A DNA stretch of 64,000 nt from Aplysia californica (lineage: Eukaryota), in assembly GCF_000002075.1 (NCBI RefSeq), contig NW_004797441.1, forward strand, positions 733,047 through 797,046, in the 5' to 3' direction. Numbering within the stretch: the stretch's first letter is position 1; every line of letters begins with the position of its first letter. The notes under the pieces were generated by a model. That model saw only the letters and a list, made by a program, of their open reading frames with translations, was not told the DNA's origin and made no database searches. Both the position numbers and the translations under genes were made by a program. Shown here piece after piece: positions 62,901 through 64,000 of this stretch.

Positions 62901-63904
62901 TTTCTTGATGTCAACAATAGGTACATTGAATAATGGTTAAGACATGCACTGTTATGAGTTCCTCTGTCCCTACAGATTATTTCTCAGATTAATAGTTGTT
63001 TCTTTTGTTTTTCTTAGAGAATGAAAGACTTAATGGTATTTCTCTAATCTAAGGATTTTCGTATGCTCAGAGCCAATGTGCAATGGGTACAGTGTAATTT
63101 TTCAGACTCTCTGGATCTCTTTGTGCTTGAAATTTTACTTTTGAAACAGTGAGTTCTTTGATTGATTAATAAGGAGTGGGTGAAAGATTCTCAGAAGTGT
63201 GTTTGTCATGTATAAAGATGGTCATTTCTGTAATGTTCAGGATTGAAAGAAAAAGTCAGTTGTTTTGTTGACTTCTAAAGCTGCACAGTTCATCAATTTT
63301 TATGTTCTCCTGTTATTTAACCCCAATTTTATTTTTCTCTTTTTTTCAAACTTTTCAGGTTGTCCCAAATGTGGACTCCCTGGGCCTCAATGAGCAAGAA
63401 CTGGTGTTCTCTTCAAAAGCTTTGAATGGGCCTCACTCAGACCACCTGGATGGAGACAGTGGTCAACCAGACATCCACAAGATATCAGATATTATGTTAT
63501 GGATGCTGAAAAGTTACGGTCGTTCACCTAAGTCTCCTACAGCCAGGCTGACAAGAGTACATTTTCATTCCCTCACCTTCCACATAGTGGCGGTAGCAGA
63601 GGGTACATGGTCCAATGTGGATGAGGCAGCTGCTGCTGGTGCACAGGTAGCTGGGCTCCAGGCCTGCGATGTAGCTCAACTCCAAAGTGATATTGTTGAG
63701 CTAAAGATACCTCGCAAATTCCACCTGTACTCTGGTGATGTGGAAAGAGAGTTGGATCCTCGCAGTCCTGTCATGCAGTGGCAGAAAGATGGGTACATGT
63801 TTGTGTTTAGTCCTGTGTTAGTGTGTAAAAGACCTGTGAAAACTGTTGGTTTGGGAGATGCGATATCTGCCACTGGCCTGGTGTACTCTCAGTTCTCAAA
63901 ATGA
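50316..63904 (+). CDS. ADPGK: ADP-dependent glucokinase; join(50316-50491,55088-55313,56345-56410,56787-57048,58191-58345,63359-63904), 476 aa
   Basis: GT-AG introns, consistent phases, 1431 nt. N-terminal hydrophobic anchor (TVILSICFICVSYLFY), LAVGINSNIDV, KGGAAER, YIGGNAG, DEVHLIMEY, IHLELASM, SLGLNEQE, TRVHFHSL and catalytic TVGLGDAISA. Confidence 0.96.
50544..51328. mobile_element. Long-TIR (~85 bp) non-autonomous DNA element in ADPGK intron 1, spanning an N gap and a (CT)n tract (50857-50930)
   Basis: 50558-50634 is the reverse complement of 51241-51318. Confidence 0.75.
51974..53657. mobile_element. Foldback-like element with ~140-170-bp TIRs, hosting a family B MITE
   Basis: 51974-~52145 is the reverse complement of ~53500-53657 (GATC-rich). 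Confidence 0.8.
52349..53140. mobile_element. MITE family B, full copy with TA TSD
   Basis: TA-CAGTGGAACTC...GAGTTCCGCTG-TA. Confidence 0.85.
55470..55850 (+). mobile_element. 381-bp retroposed fragment with the shared LINE 3' hairpin and a different body
   Basis: 13-bp TSD GAGTAAGACAAGA (55457-55469 / 55851-55863). Ends GCGCTCATATGACCTTATGCAGTTGCGAGCGCC + (CTAAGA) tail. Confidence 0.8.
57125..57841 (+). mobile_element. Old piggyBac-type non-autonomous element
   Basis: TTAA-CTCTTTTGGCAG ... CTGCCCAAAGAA-TTGA, with an acidic ORF-like remnant inside. Confidence 0.55.
60864..61719. mobile_element. piggyBac-type MITE family P in ADPGK intron 5
   Basis: Perfect TTAA TSD (60860-60863 / 61720-61723). 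The empty site is visible in the local duplicate at 62166-62169. Confidence 0.88.
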
Positions 63905-64000
63905 GTGGCAGTCTCCCGTGCTTGATGCTGATATTATTCAACTGTTTCCCTTTTGAGCCAGCCGGTATTGAATTAACAAAGTAGCATTGTAGAGTGAAAA

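Overview
Eukaryotic (animal, probably molluscan/gastropod-like) intron-rich genomic DNA with three assembly gaps (2298-2397, 45844-46040, 51071-51240). No prokaryotic features, CRISPR or rRNA are present. Three complete spliced genes could be built by hand with GT-AG sites and consistent phases: AAGAB (+, 9 coding exons, 16508-26526, 389 aa), TIPIN (-, 8 coding exons, 43985-30890, 371 aa) and ADPGK (+, 6 coding exons, 50316-63904, 476 aa). A 51-nt exon missed by the ORF track (16331-16281, -) looks like the first coding exon of IQCH, head-to-head with AAGAB as in human. From memory, all four human orthologues map to 15q22-q24, so this may be an ancient bilaterian linkage block. The rest is a layered set of transposons: a full-length but decayed Mag-type Ty3/Gypsy element (7869-12971) with a CpG-deamination signature; a 5'-truncated RNase H-bearing LINE, also present as a near-identical copy next to a gap; a roughly 180-bp promoter-less retroposon family sharing the LINE 3' hairpin; several pogo/Tc1-, hAT-, piggyBac- and Merlin-type non-autonomous elements, often nested; and a hAT-like element flanked by a 192-bp direct duplication. 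I found no convincing novel multi-gene system. The best leads are the conserved gene neighbourhood, the unusual transposition structures and the promoter-associated (TAGATC)n arrays.
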